Below, piece after piece: positions 9,896 to 20,581 of a stretch of DNA of 64,000 nucleotides. The notes below the pieces were generated by a model. That model did not search any database. It saw only the letters and a list, made by a program, of their open reading frames with translations, and was not told the DNA's origin. The stretch covers positions 55,232 to 119,231 of the forward strand of contig CAWERO010000004.1 in the NCBI GenBank assembly GCA_963811485.1, read 5' to 3'. How positions within the stretch are numbered: position 1 is the stretch's first letter; each line of letters begins with the position of its first letter. Source of the stretch: an uncultured Gammaproteobacteria bacterium (lineage in GTDB: Bacteria; Pseudomonadota; Gammaproteobacteria; Steroidobacterales; Steroidobacteraceae). The translations under genes were made by a program, and so were the position numbers.

Positions 9896-11449
9896 GCGGT
9901 GGCCGGTCATCGTCATTGGCGCCGGTCACAACGGCTTGGTGTGCGCGGCGTACCTGGCGCGCGCCGGGCGCAAGGTGCTGGTGCTGGAGGGAGCGACGCA
10001 GGTAGGGGGTGCCGCGGTAACGCGCGAGTTCGCGCCCGGCTTCCGGGTGTCGGCGGTGGCGCATCTGCTGCACCTGCTCGACCCGGTCGTGGAGCGGGAG
10101 CTGGCACTGGCGCAGCACGGGCTGGCTTACGCGCGAACCGGACTGCGCACCGTGGCGCTGTCGACCGAGCGGCCGCCGCTCAGCCTGGCGGGCGGTGAGG
10201 TGTACGCCGGCGAGGTTTCGAGTGCGGATCGCGCGGCGCTGCGCTCGCATGCCGCCCGCATGCAGAAATTTGCACAGGTGATCGCGCGTCAGCACGGTCG
10301 CGTACCCCCGCGGCTCCGCTTCGAGTCCTGGCGTGATGTGCTGCCGGCAGCGGCTGTCGCCCTGGATATACGGCGGCTCGGCCGGCGCGGACATGCAGGA
10401 ATTCCTGCGCGTGGCGACCATGAATATCTTCGACGTGCTGGAAGAGCAATTTGATCACCCGCAGCTCAAGGCGGCGCTGGCGCTCGACGCAGTCCTGGGG
10501 ACGCGGCTTGGCCCGCGGTCGGGCAACAGCGTGTACGCCGCGCTTTACCGCCAGAGCGGTTCGGTCAACGGCGCGCAAGGCGCGCTCGCGCTGCCGCGTG
10601 GCGGAATGGGAGCAGTGACCGCCGCGCTCGCCGCAGCGGCGCGGAGCGCCGGGGCGGAGATTCGCTGTGGTTCGCCCGTTGCAGAAATCATCGTGAAGGA
10701 AGGCCGCGCGGCCGGTGTGCGCCTGCAGCAGGGGCAGGAGTTGATGGCGGACATCGTGGTGTCGAATGCGGACCCGAAAGCCACGCTGCTGCGGCTGCTG
10801 GGCGCGCGTCACCTGGAGGCGGAGTTCGCGCGCCGCGTGCATCAGGTGCGCACCACGGGTACCGCCGCGAAGCTCCATCTGGCGCTGAGCGGCCGTCCGC
10901 ATTTCCTGGGCCTGGCGGCCGAACAACTGGGCGAGCGCCTGGTGATTGCTCCCGATATCGATTATATCGAGCGCGCCTTCAACCCCGCCAAGTATGGCGA
11001 GTGCTCCGCCGCAGCCGGTGATGGAAATCACCCTGCCCTCGACCCATGAGGCCAGCCTGGCGCCAGCCGGCAGCCACGTGCTTTCGGCCGTGGTGCAATA
11101 TGCTCCCTACGATCTCAAGGGCGGCTGGGCGGCCGGCAAGGCGCGCTTCCAGGCCGCCATCATGGCCGTGCTCGAGCGCTATGCGCCAGGGATCGGCGCC
11201 CTCGTGCTGCATGCGGAACTGCTGACGCCGGCCGACATCGAGCAGCAGTTCGGAATCAGCGGCGGACACTGGCACCACGGCGAGCTGGCGCTCGATCGCT
11301 TCATGATGCTGCGGCCAGTCGTGGGCGGCGCGCACTACGCCATGCCGGTGGACGGACTCTACCTGTGCGGCGCGGGCTGCCATCCCGGCGGCGGCGTCAT
11401 GGGCAGCGCCGGACGCAACGCGGCGCGCGTAATACTCGGGAGGCGGTGA
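9888..11449 (+). pseudogene. FAD/NAD(P)-binding oxidoreductase, same superfamily (module 1, subunit B1); 2 frame breaks as sequenced
   Basis: MTERWPVIVIGAGHNGLVCAAYLARAGRKVLVLE. The sequence runs through ORFs 9825..10454, 10333..11049 and 10946..11449 and ends [26 protein letters not shown]. The breaks are near 10385 and 11015, located by comparison with paralog B2. The ATG at 9888 lies inside the last codons of A1. Confidence 0.8.
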
Positions 11450-11454
11450 GCATC

Positions 11455-12645
11455 ATGCTGGCTCGCGATCACTTCCGGCAGACCGTCTGCGAGACGCCGT
11501 TTCACCCGCGGACCGCAGCCGCCAACCAGTTGAACCTGTGGCATCGCTGGCGCGATCACACGGTCGCCGACGCCTATATCGATGTCGGCATGGAATACAA
11601 CGCGATTCGCAACAGCTGTGCGGTGTTCGACCTGTCGCCGATGACCAAGCACCTGATCACCGGTCCGGATGCGCTCGCGTACATGAACCGCCTGGTTACG
11701 CGCGATGTGGCAAAGATCAAGCCGGGGCGCGTCGGCTACTGCTTGTGGTGTGATGACGCCGGGCAGGTGATCGACGATGGCACCATTTTCCACCTGCGCG
11801 AGGGTGTTTACCGGCTGTGTTCGCAGGAGCGGCAACTCGACTGGCTGTACACATCAGCCCTCGGGTTCGAGGTGCGGATCTGCGAGGAAACCAATGAGGT
11901 CGCCGGGCTCGCGTTGCAGGGCCCGACCTCGTGCGCGGTCCTGAAAGCCATGGGGCTCGCGAGCATTGAGACACTGACGCCATTTGGCCTGCGCAGTTAC
12001 CCGTTTGCGGGCGGCCAACTCGAGGTGTCACGCACCGGCTACACCGGCGACCTGGGATACGAACTGTGGATCGATCCGGCGCGTGCCCTGCAACTCTGGG
12101 ATGCCTTGTTCGCTGCCGGCCAGCATCACGGCATCCGCGCCATCGGCACGCTGGCGCTGGAGATGAGCCGTGTCGAGGCCGGCTTCATCCAGGCTGGCGT
12201 CGACTTCCTGCCCGCCGACCGGGCGGTGCGCGCCGATCGCACACGCTCGCCGTTCGAACTCGACCTGGGGCGCCTGGTCGATTTCAGCAAAGCCAATTTC
12301 ACCGGCCGCCGAGCGTTGCTCGAGGAGCAGCGCCGCGGCTCGCGCTTTCGGCTGGTCCGTCTCGACGTTGAAGGCAACAAAGCTGCCAAGGACGCCTACA
12401 TCTACGACGGGCGGCGCCGCAATATTGGCGTCGTCACCTCATCGATGTGGTCGCCGGCCGCCAAGGCCAGCATCGCGCTGGCTTCGGTCACGATGCCGTG
12501 GGGCGCGCCAGGCGATGAGCTGTTTGCCGAGATCTACTACCAGAAGGAACTCAGGTGGAACCGGTTCATGGCGCGCTGCCGGGTCGTCGAGGGTGCATTC
12601 TTCGATCCACCGCGCCGGCGGCAGACTCCCGCGGCCGACTGCTGA
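11455..12645 (+). CDS. aminomethyltransferase (GcvT-fold, folate-binding) family protein (module 1, T1)
   Basis: Intact from MLARDHF (GGGAGG 12-17 nt upstream). GcvT-family sequence: AIRNSCAVFDLSPMTK, LALQGPTS, SRTGYTGDLGYELW, ALEMSRVEAG. Confidence 0.85.
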   Translation: MLARDHFRQTVCETPFHPRTAAANQLNLWHRWRDHTVADAYIDVGMEYNAIRNSCAVFDLSPMTKHLITGPDALAYMNRLVTRDVAKIKPGRVGYCLWCDDAGQVIDDGTIFHLREGVYRLCSQERQLDWLYTSALGFEVRICEETNEVAGLALQGPTSCAVLKAMGLASIETLTPFGLRSYPFAGGQLEVSRTGYTGDLGYELWIDPARALQLWDALFAAGQHHGIRAIGTLALEMSRVEAGFIQAGVDFLPADRAVRADRTRSPFELDLGRLVDFSKANFTGRRALLEEQRRGSRFRLVRLDVEGNKAAKDAYIYDGRRRNIGVVTSSMWSPAAKASIALASVTMPWGAPGDELFAEIYYQKELRWNRFMARCRVVEGAFFDPPRRRQTPAADC

Positions 12646-12661
12646 TCACAGCGGATTCGCC

Positions 12662-14007
12662 ATGATCACGGGCGTGCAACGATTCTGGGCGGGCGCGGCC
12701 GGGCAGAATCCGCCGACCATCGCTCGCGCCCAGGGGCTCCACATCTGGGATCGCGCGGGCAAGCGCTACATCGATGTCACCTCCGGTCCGATCGCCGTCA
12801 ACATCGGTCACGGCAATGAGCGCGTGTTGGGCGCCATGCGCGAGCAGGCCGAGCGATTCTGCTTTGCCTATCCCAGCAATTTCGAAAGCGAGCGCAGCAC
12901 GGAACTGAGCCAGCGGCTTGCCCGCCTGGCCGGGCCCGGCCTTGATTGCGCGTTTTATGTGTCGAGCGGCTCCGAGGCCGTGGAGAAATGCCTGCAGTTC
13001 GCGCGCCGCGTAGCGCTGGCGCGTGGCGAGGGCGCGCGCTACAAGATGATCAGTCGCAATCCGTCCTATCATGGCAGCACGCGCGCCACGATGGCGCTAT
13101 CGGCCGACCCGGCCTACGCGCCCTATCTGATCGGCTACCCGCCGGGGCTCCACGTGCCGGCGCCCTCGAGCTACCGGCCGCCGGCCGGCGTGGGAGCGGG
13201 GGTGCATGCGCTGCAATGCGCGGAGGCGCTGCGCGCGCGCATCAGTGAAGCCGGCCCCGACTCGGTGCTGGCCTTCATCATGGAGCCGGTGATGGGTTTC
13301 TGTGGTGGCGCCGACAGCGCGCCGCCCGAGTACTACCGGCGCGTCCGCGAGATCTGCGACGAATTTGGCGTGCTGCTGATCTACGACGAGATCGTCAGTG
13401 GCGCTGGCCGCACTGGCACCTTCCTGGCGGCCGACCGCTGGCCCGCGGCGCGACCCGACCTGGTGGTACTCGCCAAGGGTCTGGGCGGTGGCTACGCTCC
13501 GCTGGCCGCGTTCCTGGCGCCCGCGCAGGCTGGTGGATGCGGTGGCCGGCGCCGGTGGATTCCATCGTCGGTCACACCCACAAGGCGCAGCCACTGGCTT
13601 GTGCCGTTGGTCTGGCGGTGCTCGACGTGACCGTCGAAGAGCGGCTGATCGAGAAAGCGGCGGAGCTGGGCGAGTACCTGCGCGGCCAGCTGCGAGGGCT
13701 CCAGCGCGACAACCCCGTGATCGGCGACGTGCGCGGCCTCGGCATGCTGAACGCCATCGAGATCGTCGCCGATCGCGACAGCAAGCGCATGCTGCCGCGG
13801 GAACTGGACGTCATCGGTCGGGTGCAGGCCCTGGCGCGCGAGCAGGGCCTGCTCATCTACGGTCGCCGCACGCACGCCGGGCGCTTTGGCGACTGGATCA
13901 TGGTCGCGCCGCCACTGATTGCGACGCGCGCGGACGTCGACGAGATCGTCGAGGGTCTGGGCCGCTGCCTGACCCGCTACCAGCAGGAACAGTCGGTCGC
14001 GAGCTAG
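12662..14007 (+). pseudogene. class-III (omega-type) PLP aminotransferase; 2 frame breaks near 13525-13565
   Basis: MITGVQRFW.., GPIAVNIGHGNERV, SGSEAVE, LLIYDEIVSGAGRTG, LAKGLGGGYAPL. The sequence then hops frames (RLVDAVAGAGGF, then IVGHTHKAQPLACAVGLAVL) and ends at TAG 14005-14007. Confidence 0.85.
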
Positions 14008-16601
14008 CGCCGCTGCTCGAACACCTTGCGCGCCGCGGCGATCTGATCAAGCGTCATCTGTCGTTCCAGTGCCGTGTTGAAATCCGGATGCACCCGCGCC
14101 GCATCGGCCAGGCGGTCGATCCAGGCGATGAAGTAGTCGGCGTCGATGCCGCAGTGCAGTGATTGCTCCCGGGCTGGTCAAGAATACCGGGTTGGTCGTG
14201 GCGTAGGGATAGATGTCGAAGATGTCCGGGCTCGACATGCTCGTTCCAGGCACGCAGCAGCAACCAGCCCGGCGCCGTGACGGTGATCTGTTGGTCGAGA
14301 TCGGCGCTGCGGCGGTCGCCCTTGAGCGGAATTTCGAGCAACACCTTGCCCTGCTGCAGGACCTGCAGATGGTCCATGGGGACGATCGAGCGCATGAAGC
14401 CGCTGCAGGTGGACTGTAGCCCCATTGGATGGCAACTCGAGTTCGGATCCTGGCGCCTTGCCGTCGACTTCAAGACCGAGCAACGCACTGTTGGTCGCCA
14501 TGCTGTGTCCGGCCTTGAGCGCCTGCAGCCAGCGGCCGAGGCGCGTATGACGATCCGCCGCAGTGGCCGCCGCCACCCCACCCGCTCCGTCCTCCACATA
14601 GACGCGGTCCAGACCCACCGGACCGTGCATCGAGGCGTAATTCGCCATGGCGTCGGTTCCAGCCGCGGCCGACGGGCGGAACCCGCAGTTGAGCAGCCGG
14701 TGCCAGACGGTGGCGCTGGCCTGGTGATCGCTGAACCCGACGACTTCGTAGTAGTCCACCTTGCCCAGCGCCACATCGACCGGCAGTTCGCTGGTCAGCG
14801 TGGCGTCGTGCGCCGGATCGGGCGGATCATCGTAGGGATGTACGTACCCGACCAGCGCCGACTGCGCATGGGCCAGGTCCGCAATCGCCGCATTGGTCGG
14901 ATAGAGGCTCGCCGCCGCGGTGTTCGCGTAGGCCGCGTAACCAGGCAGCAGGAAGTGATCGTTCAGGCCCAGCAGCCCCAGGTGCCCCCAGTAGCTGGTG
15001 TGGTACTCCTGGCCGTGCGAGAGCAGCACCGCAGCGCGTCGAGGCGCGGTCGGGTTCGGGCGAGAAGTAGGCGATATCCGGAATGCGCTGTTCCTTGTTG
15101 ACGACCAGGTCGAATACGACATCCAGATCTTCGGCACTGCGCCTGCGCGACCAGCCGCTGCGGATTGTCGCGGTAGGCGCCGGCGTAGTTCATGTGCACG
15201 TGCACGTCCGCGCTGTGCCAGTGCTCGCGCCAGGCCGCCGGCAGGTGCAGCGGTTCGAGTGCGATACGCTCGCTGCGTCGTGGCGCCGGCCTGAATCAGC
15301 ACTTCGCGTCGGGCGATGAGCGTGGCGAGTCCACGCCAGACGGTGATGCTTCGCTGGTCCCGGCGGCAGCGTCAGGAGTGAGCGGCCCTGGCTGTGGAAA
15401 TAATGGGTCTCGAAGCGCTGCGCTGCGCGATCGAAGCCATCGTCGCCGCGGCATCCAGGCGTCATCGGGCGCGTAGGCGCGACCGTCGGCCGCCACCACC
15501 GAAACGCGCGCCGGCAGATCGGCGCCGTTGCGTACGCGCCGCGTCCGCGATGCGCAGCTGCAAGCTGGCCCATCGGATGCAGGTACTGTCGCTCGCGTAT
15601 CGCGAGCACCTGCGAGCGCGCGCCCGGCATATCGAGCACGTGGATCTGCGTAATCGCCCGTGCTGTTGCTGAGATAGGCCAGCGCCTCGCCGTCCGCCGA
15701 CCAGCGCGCGCCGGTGGCGTCTGCGTCGCCGTAGGTCAGCGCCAGCGGATCGCCGTTTCCGGCCGCGGTCGTCAGCCAGATCTGGTGCGAGTTGCGGCCG
15801 GCATAGGAGGCATAGGCAATGCGCTTGCCGTCGGGCGACCAGTCGGGCCGCGCTCGCCAGGTGGTTTCTTCCTGCGCGCACCAGGCTGGGTTCGGCATCG
15901 CGCTCGAGCGCGCGGCGCCAGATGGAGCCGGTGCCGTAGATGATCTCGGGATTGCCGACGTAGACCAGCTCCTTGCCGTCCGGCGACCAGCTCGGCGACA
16001 GCTCATGATCGAAGGCGCTGTAGTAGTAGCGCGGCGTAGTGCTCTTGCGCTCAGGCCAGACCGCCCCGCCCTGCGAGCTGGTTGCCATTGAGCGTGCCCG
16101 ACGAACACGTGGAAGTGCCCGGTGCCGGCGGTCGACACCCAGGCGATGCGCGTTGCCGTCGGGCGACCAGCGCGGCTCGCAGTTGACGGCGCCGCCGTTG
16201 GTGAGCGGCGTCGACTGCGCCGGTGGCCGAGGTCGAGCAGCTGCAGTTCCATCGCGTCGCCGAGATAGCGCATGAAGACGACGTGCGGCCGTCGGGCGAC
16301 ACGTCCGGCTGGTAGTCGTAGCCTGCGCCCGCTCGTCAGTTGCACGGCGGTGTCCGAATCGAGCGCTTGCTTCCACAGGCTCCCCTGCATCGAATAGACG
16401 AGCGAGCGGCCGTCCGGCATGAAGGCCAGGCTCCCCGGGCCGCTGGTCAGCTGCGGCAGGTACATCTCGCGGAAATAGTAGTGATGCGGCACGTCGATCT
16501 GGCTGAGCACCGCGTGCCGATCCGCCAGCGCCGCGCGCGCACAGCAGCAGTCCGCCCAGCAGCGCCGCAGCGCGCGCCACTCGCGCAGCGCGCGAACGCA
16601 T
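14004..16601 (-). pseudogene. secreted TolB-like beta-propeller / PHP-type (CehA/McbA-like) metallohydrolase fusion protein; many frame breaks
   Basis: Signal peptide MRSRAARVARAAALLGGLLLCA (ATG 16601). Repeated propeller signatures (FMPDGRSLVY, WSPDGKELVY, DWSPDGKRIAYAS, WSADGEALAY). Then a PHP-like part (DVHVHMNYAG, GHLGLLGLN, GYVHPYDD, KVDYYEVVGFSD, WHRLLNCGFRPSAAAGTDAM). Fragments are spread over at least 6 ORFs in all three frames. The stop TAG overlaps the stop of the convergent aminotransferase. Confidence 0.65.
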
Positions 16602-17951
16602 CAGCGCAGCTTCGCTCCGCGAGCACTTCGCGGATCGAACGGTGCAGGATGTCCAGCCCTTCATCGAGGAGCGGCGCATCGATCATCAGCGGCGGAATGA
16701 TGCGCAGGCCGCTGGCGCCGCATTCGAGCAGCAGCAGGCCGTTCTCGAAGGCGCGCGTGACCAGCCGCGTGGCGAATTCCTTCGCCGGCGCCTTGCTGAC
16801 GCGGTCCTTGACGAACTCGACGCCGATCATCAGCCCCGCGCCGCGCACGTCGCCGATCACCGGGAATTCCTGCGCGAATTTCTGCAGCCGCTCCATGGCG
16901 CGCTGCCCCATGACGCGCGCGTTCTCGGCGTAGCCGCCGCTGACGAGCTTGAGCGTCGCCAGCGCCGCCGCGCAGCAGACCGGATTGCCGCCGAAGGTGT
17001 TCGCGTGCGAGCCCGGCGGCCATTTCTCCATGATCTTGCGTGCGCCGACCATCATGCCGATCGGCAGTCCCGAGCCCAGGCCCTTGGCCAGCGTGATCAT
17101 GTCCGGCCGCACGCCCGTCGTGCTGCCAGGCGAACATCTTGCCGGTGCGGCCGATGCCGGCCTGCACCTCATCGAATATCAGGCAGATGCCGTGCTTGTC
17201 GCACAGCGCGCGCAGCGCCGGCGAGGAATCCCGGCGGCGGCACGATGTAACCGCCCTCGCCCTGGATCGGTTCGATGAGGATCGCGGCGACTTCAGTTGG
17301 CTGGCAGGTTGCGCTCGAACAGCATCTCGATGTACGCGATGCACGGCGCGACCCTGGTCATCGCCGGCGAACAGCGGACGATAGGGATTCGGGTACGGCA
17401 CGTGCACCACGCCCGGCATCGCCGGAAAATAGCCGCGCTGCTGCGTGTACTTCGAGGCCGTGAAGGCCAGCGAGCCCATGGTGCGGCCATGGAAGCCGCC
17501 GAGGAAGCCGATGTAGCGCCCGCGCCCGCTGACCTGGCGCGCGAGTTTCAGCGCCGCTTCGACCGCCTCGGTGCCGGAGTTGGCGAAGAAGCACATCGCC
17601 GGCCCGCTCACCGGATCGAGCGCGGCAATCGTCTCGGCCAGTTCGACCTGGCGCCTCGTGCCAGTAGTCGCAGGAGATGTGCAGGAAGCGTTCGGCCGCC
17701 GTCTTGATGGCGGCGACCACGTCCGGATGGCTGTGCCCGGTGGAGCACACGGCGATGCCGGAAGCGAAATCGACGAAGCGATTACCGTCGACGTCCCACA
17801 CTTCGGCGCCGCGGCCGCGCTCCATGACGAAGGGGTAGTCGCGCACGTAGCTCGGCGAGACCACGGCCTTGTCGCGCTCGATGAGCGCACGCGCCTTGGG
17901 ACCGGGAAGTGGTCTGGCTGTGCTGCGTTGTACGTCGTTCATGTCATTCAA
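16601..17951 (-). pseudogene. class-III aminotransferase, 4-aminobutyrate aminotransferase (GabT)-like; at least 4 frame breaks
   Basis: MNDMNDV..VVSPSYVRDYPFVMERGRGAEVWDVDGNRFVDFASGIAVCSTGHSHP, FFANSGTEAVEAALKLAR, LIFDEVQAGIGRTGKMFA, ITLAKGLGSGLPIG, THANTFGGNPV, GDVRGAGLMIGVEF. The 3' end is uncertain. The TGA at 16601-16603, which overlaps the next ATG, needs one more frame change. Confidence 0.8.
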
Positions 17952-19527
17952 CCCGCGTCTGTGATTGTTCGCGCTGATACTGCGCCAGGTAGTAGAAAGA
18001 TGCGATGCCCTTGCCGGTGTTGCCGGAGCCCTTCCAGCCGCCGAAGGGCTGGTAGCCCGGCCAGGCGCCCGTGGTCGCGCCCTGCGGCCGGTTGGCGTAG
18101 GTGACGCCGGCTTCGATGTTGTCGAAGAACCAGTCCACTTCGTCGGCTGCCGCCATAGAAACCGGCGGTCAGGCCCAGCTCGCTGTCATTGGCCAGCGCC
18201 ATCGCGCGTTCGCGGTCCGGGACCCGCGCCAGCATCGCGATCGGCAGGAACATCTCCTGCCGCCACAGCGGGTGGTCGAGCGGCGCCTCGGCCAGCGTCG
18301 GCTCGCAGTAGTATCCGGCGGCGAGCGCGCCTTCGGTCAGCGTGCGGCCGCCGGCGATGATGCGTGCGCCCTCCGAGTGCAGTGCGCGAGCTGTAGCGGC
18401 GGTAATTCTCCTGCGCCGCGCCATTGATGACCGGACCCAGCCAGTTCTGCCGCTGGCGTCGGATCGCCGATGCGGATCGCGCGGATGCTGCTCGTCGAGT
18501 GCACTGATCAGCGCTTCGGCGGCTCGCTCCTCGACAAAAATGCGCGACAGCGCCGAGCATTTCTGCCCGCCCATGCCGAAGGCCGAGCGCACGATGCCGG
18601 CGGCGGCGCGCTCGCAGATCGGCCCGCGCGGTGACGATCACCGCGTTCTTGCCGCCCATCTCGGCGATGCAGGGTCTCGGGCACGGCTGCCAGCCACCAT
18701 GCGACGTGCGATGCCCATGCCCACCTGGTGCGAGCCGGTGAAGGTGATGCCGGCGATGTCGGGATGCGCGACCAGCGCTGCGCCCGCCTCGGACCCGTTG
18801 CCGTTGAGGTAGTTGAAGACGCCTGGCGGCACGCCGGCATCGTGCAGGCAATCGGCCAGCAGGCGGCCGGCCCACGGCGTGTCGGTGGCTCCCTTGAGAA
18901 CGACCGTGTTGCCGGTGACGAGCGCCGCGGCCACCGGGCCGCCGGCCAGCGCGAATGGAAAATTGAACGGCGCGATGACCGCCCAGGGGCCGTGCGGCTT
19001 CATGACCGAGCGGTTGCGGCTGCGGTAACCCTTGACCGGATCATCGGGCAGCGCGTGATCGAAGCCCTGGCGTTCGAAGTCGTCGCAGTAGAGCGCGAAG
19101 AAATCGGCCGTCTCCTGCACTTCGCCCAGGGCCTCCATGCGGTTCTTGCCCGACTTCGAGGGCGACGGCGGCGCTGATGTCATAGACGCGCGCCGCAATC
19201 AGGCTCGAGACCCGGCGCAAGATCGCGGTGCGCTCGCCGACCGGCAGCCGCCGCCACGCCGGGAAGGCGCGCTTCGCCGCGGCGACGGCCAGTTGCACGT
19301 CTGCGGTGCCGGCCTCCGCGAAGCGCCCGAGGTGCATGCCCCGGTCGATCGGGCTGAACTTGTCGCGGCTGGCGGCCGCGGTGCGATTGCTGCCGTCGAT
19401 ATAGAGGCCGTGCTACTGTGGGCGGTGCAGCGCGCAGGCGCGCCAGCGCCGCCTCGAACGCCTGATGGAGCGATTCGGGCGGCTCGAACATGGTCGAATA
19501 CGTGAGCTTGAACTCCATGCGCACCAT
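17944..19527 (-). pseudogene. aldehyde dehydrogenase family protein (glutamate-semialdehyde/P5C dehydrogenase-like); at least 5 frame breaks
   Basis: MVRMEFKLTYSTMFEPPESL.., WAVIAPFNFPFAL, VVLKGATDTPW, ITFTGSHQVG, CIAEMGGKNAVIV (general-base Glu), GMGGQKCSALSRIFV (catalytic Cys), GYQPFGGWKGSGNTGKG. The stop overlaps the start of the downstream aminotransferase by 8 nt. Confidence 0.75.
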
Positions 19528-19646
19528 TTTGGCACAACTGGAGCCCGTGGAGGCGCGTGTCCGGCGGATCGGCGGCGGAACGCCTGGTTCAGGTCGCCGG
19601 AGCGCTGACTGCGTATCGGCCGGAACCGTTGCCGCCGGCGGCACGG

Positions 19647-20581
19647 CTAGCAGGCGCCGCGGCCGCAGCCTGCGCCCGCCTCGCGCGTGTCGGTGCGCAG
19701 CGCGGATTCCTCGGCCTGCTTGGTCATGACGATGATGCTGATGCGCCGGTTGATCGGATTGCGCGGATTCTTCTGGTCGAACAGCACGACCGAAGACAAG
19801 CCGACGACGCGCGCGACCTTGTCGGCGTTAAGTCCGCCGGCCTTCGAGCGCGCGGCGCGCGGAGTTGGCGCGATCGGCCGAGAGGTCCCAGTTGGTATAG
19901 CCATTCTTGGCCACGTACGGCGTCGTATCGGTGTGCCCGGACAGACTGATGCGATTGGGCACCGAATTGAGGTAGCTGGTGAGCTCGTGCAGAATCGAGA
20001 CCGTGTAGTCCTTGAGCCGCGAGCTGCCGAGGTCGAACATCGGGCGGTTTTGCGCATCGACGATCTGGATGCGCAGCCCTTCGGGCGTGATATCGAGCAG
20101 CAGCTGGTCCTTGAACGGCCGCAGCGTCTTGCTCTTGTCGATGGCCGCGCGCAGGTCCTGCAGGAGCGACAGCAGCTGCTTGCGCTCGGCCTCTGCGGCC
20201 AGTCGCTTGGCCTCGTCGACATCCACCGGCTTCGGCAGCGATCCGGCCGACATGCCGGTCTCCTTCTTCAGCGCGGTCTTGGGCGCGTCCATGCCACCGC
20301 CCATGTTGATCACGCTGGTGCTGGCGCCGCCCGGACCATTGACGCCTTTGGCGGCCTTGACGGACTGGCCCGCCTCCATGCTCGGGTTCTTGAAGTAGTC
20401 GAAGATCGCCGCGCGCTGCTCCTTGTTCACGGAAGATCACCAGCCACATCACCAGGAAGAAGGCCATCATCGCCGTCACGAAGTCCGCGTACGCCACTTT
20501 CCAGGCGCCGCCGTGATGACCGCCGTCGCCGCTCTTGCGCCGCTTGACGATGACGATCGGTCGCGTGGCCTTGTCGGTCAC
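19647..20581 (-). pseudogene. motB: flagellar motor stator protein MotB (OmpA-like C-terminus); 2 frame breaks
   Basis: [41 protein letters not shown] matches the MotB N-terminus and TM/plug. [28 protein letters not shown] is the OmpA-like domain. The proposed GTG start at 20581 overlaps the inferred motA stop (GTGA). Confidence 0.8.

Noticed and set aside
19528-19545. ttGGCACaactgGAGC, which resembles a sigma-54 -24/-12 element.
   Set aside because: The -12 part is not TTGC(A/T). The element is on the plus strand while both flanking genes are on the minus strand, so there is nothing for it to drive.
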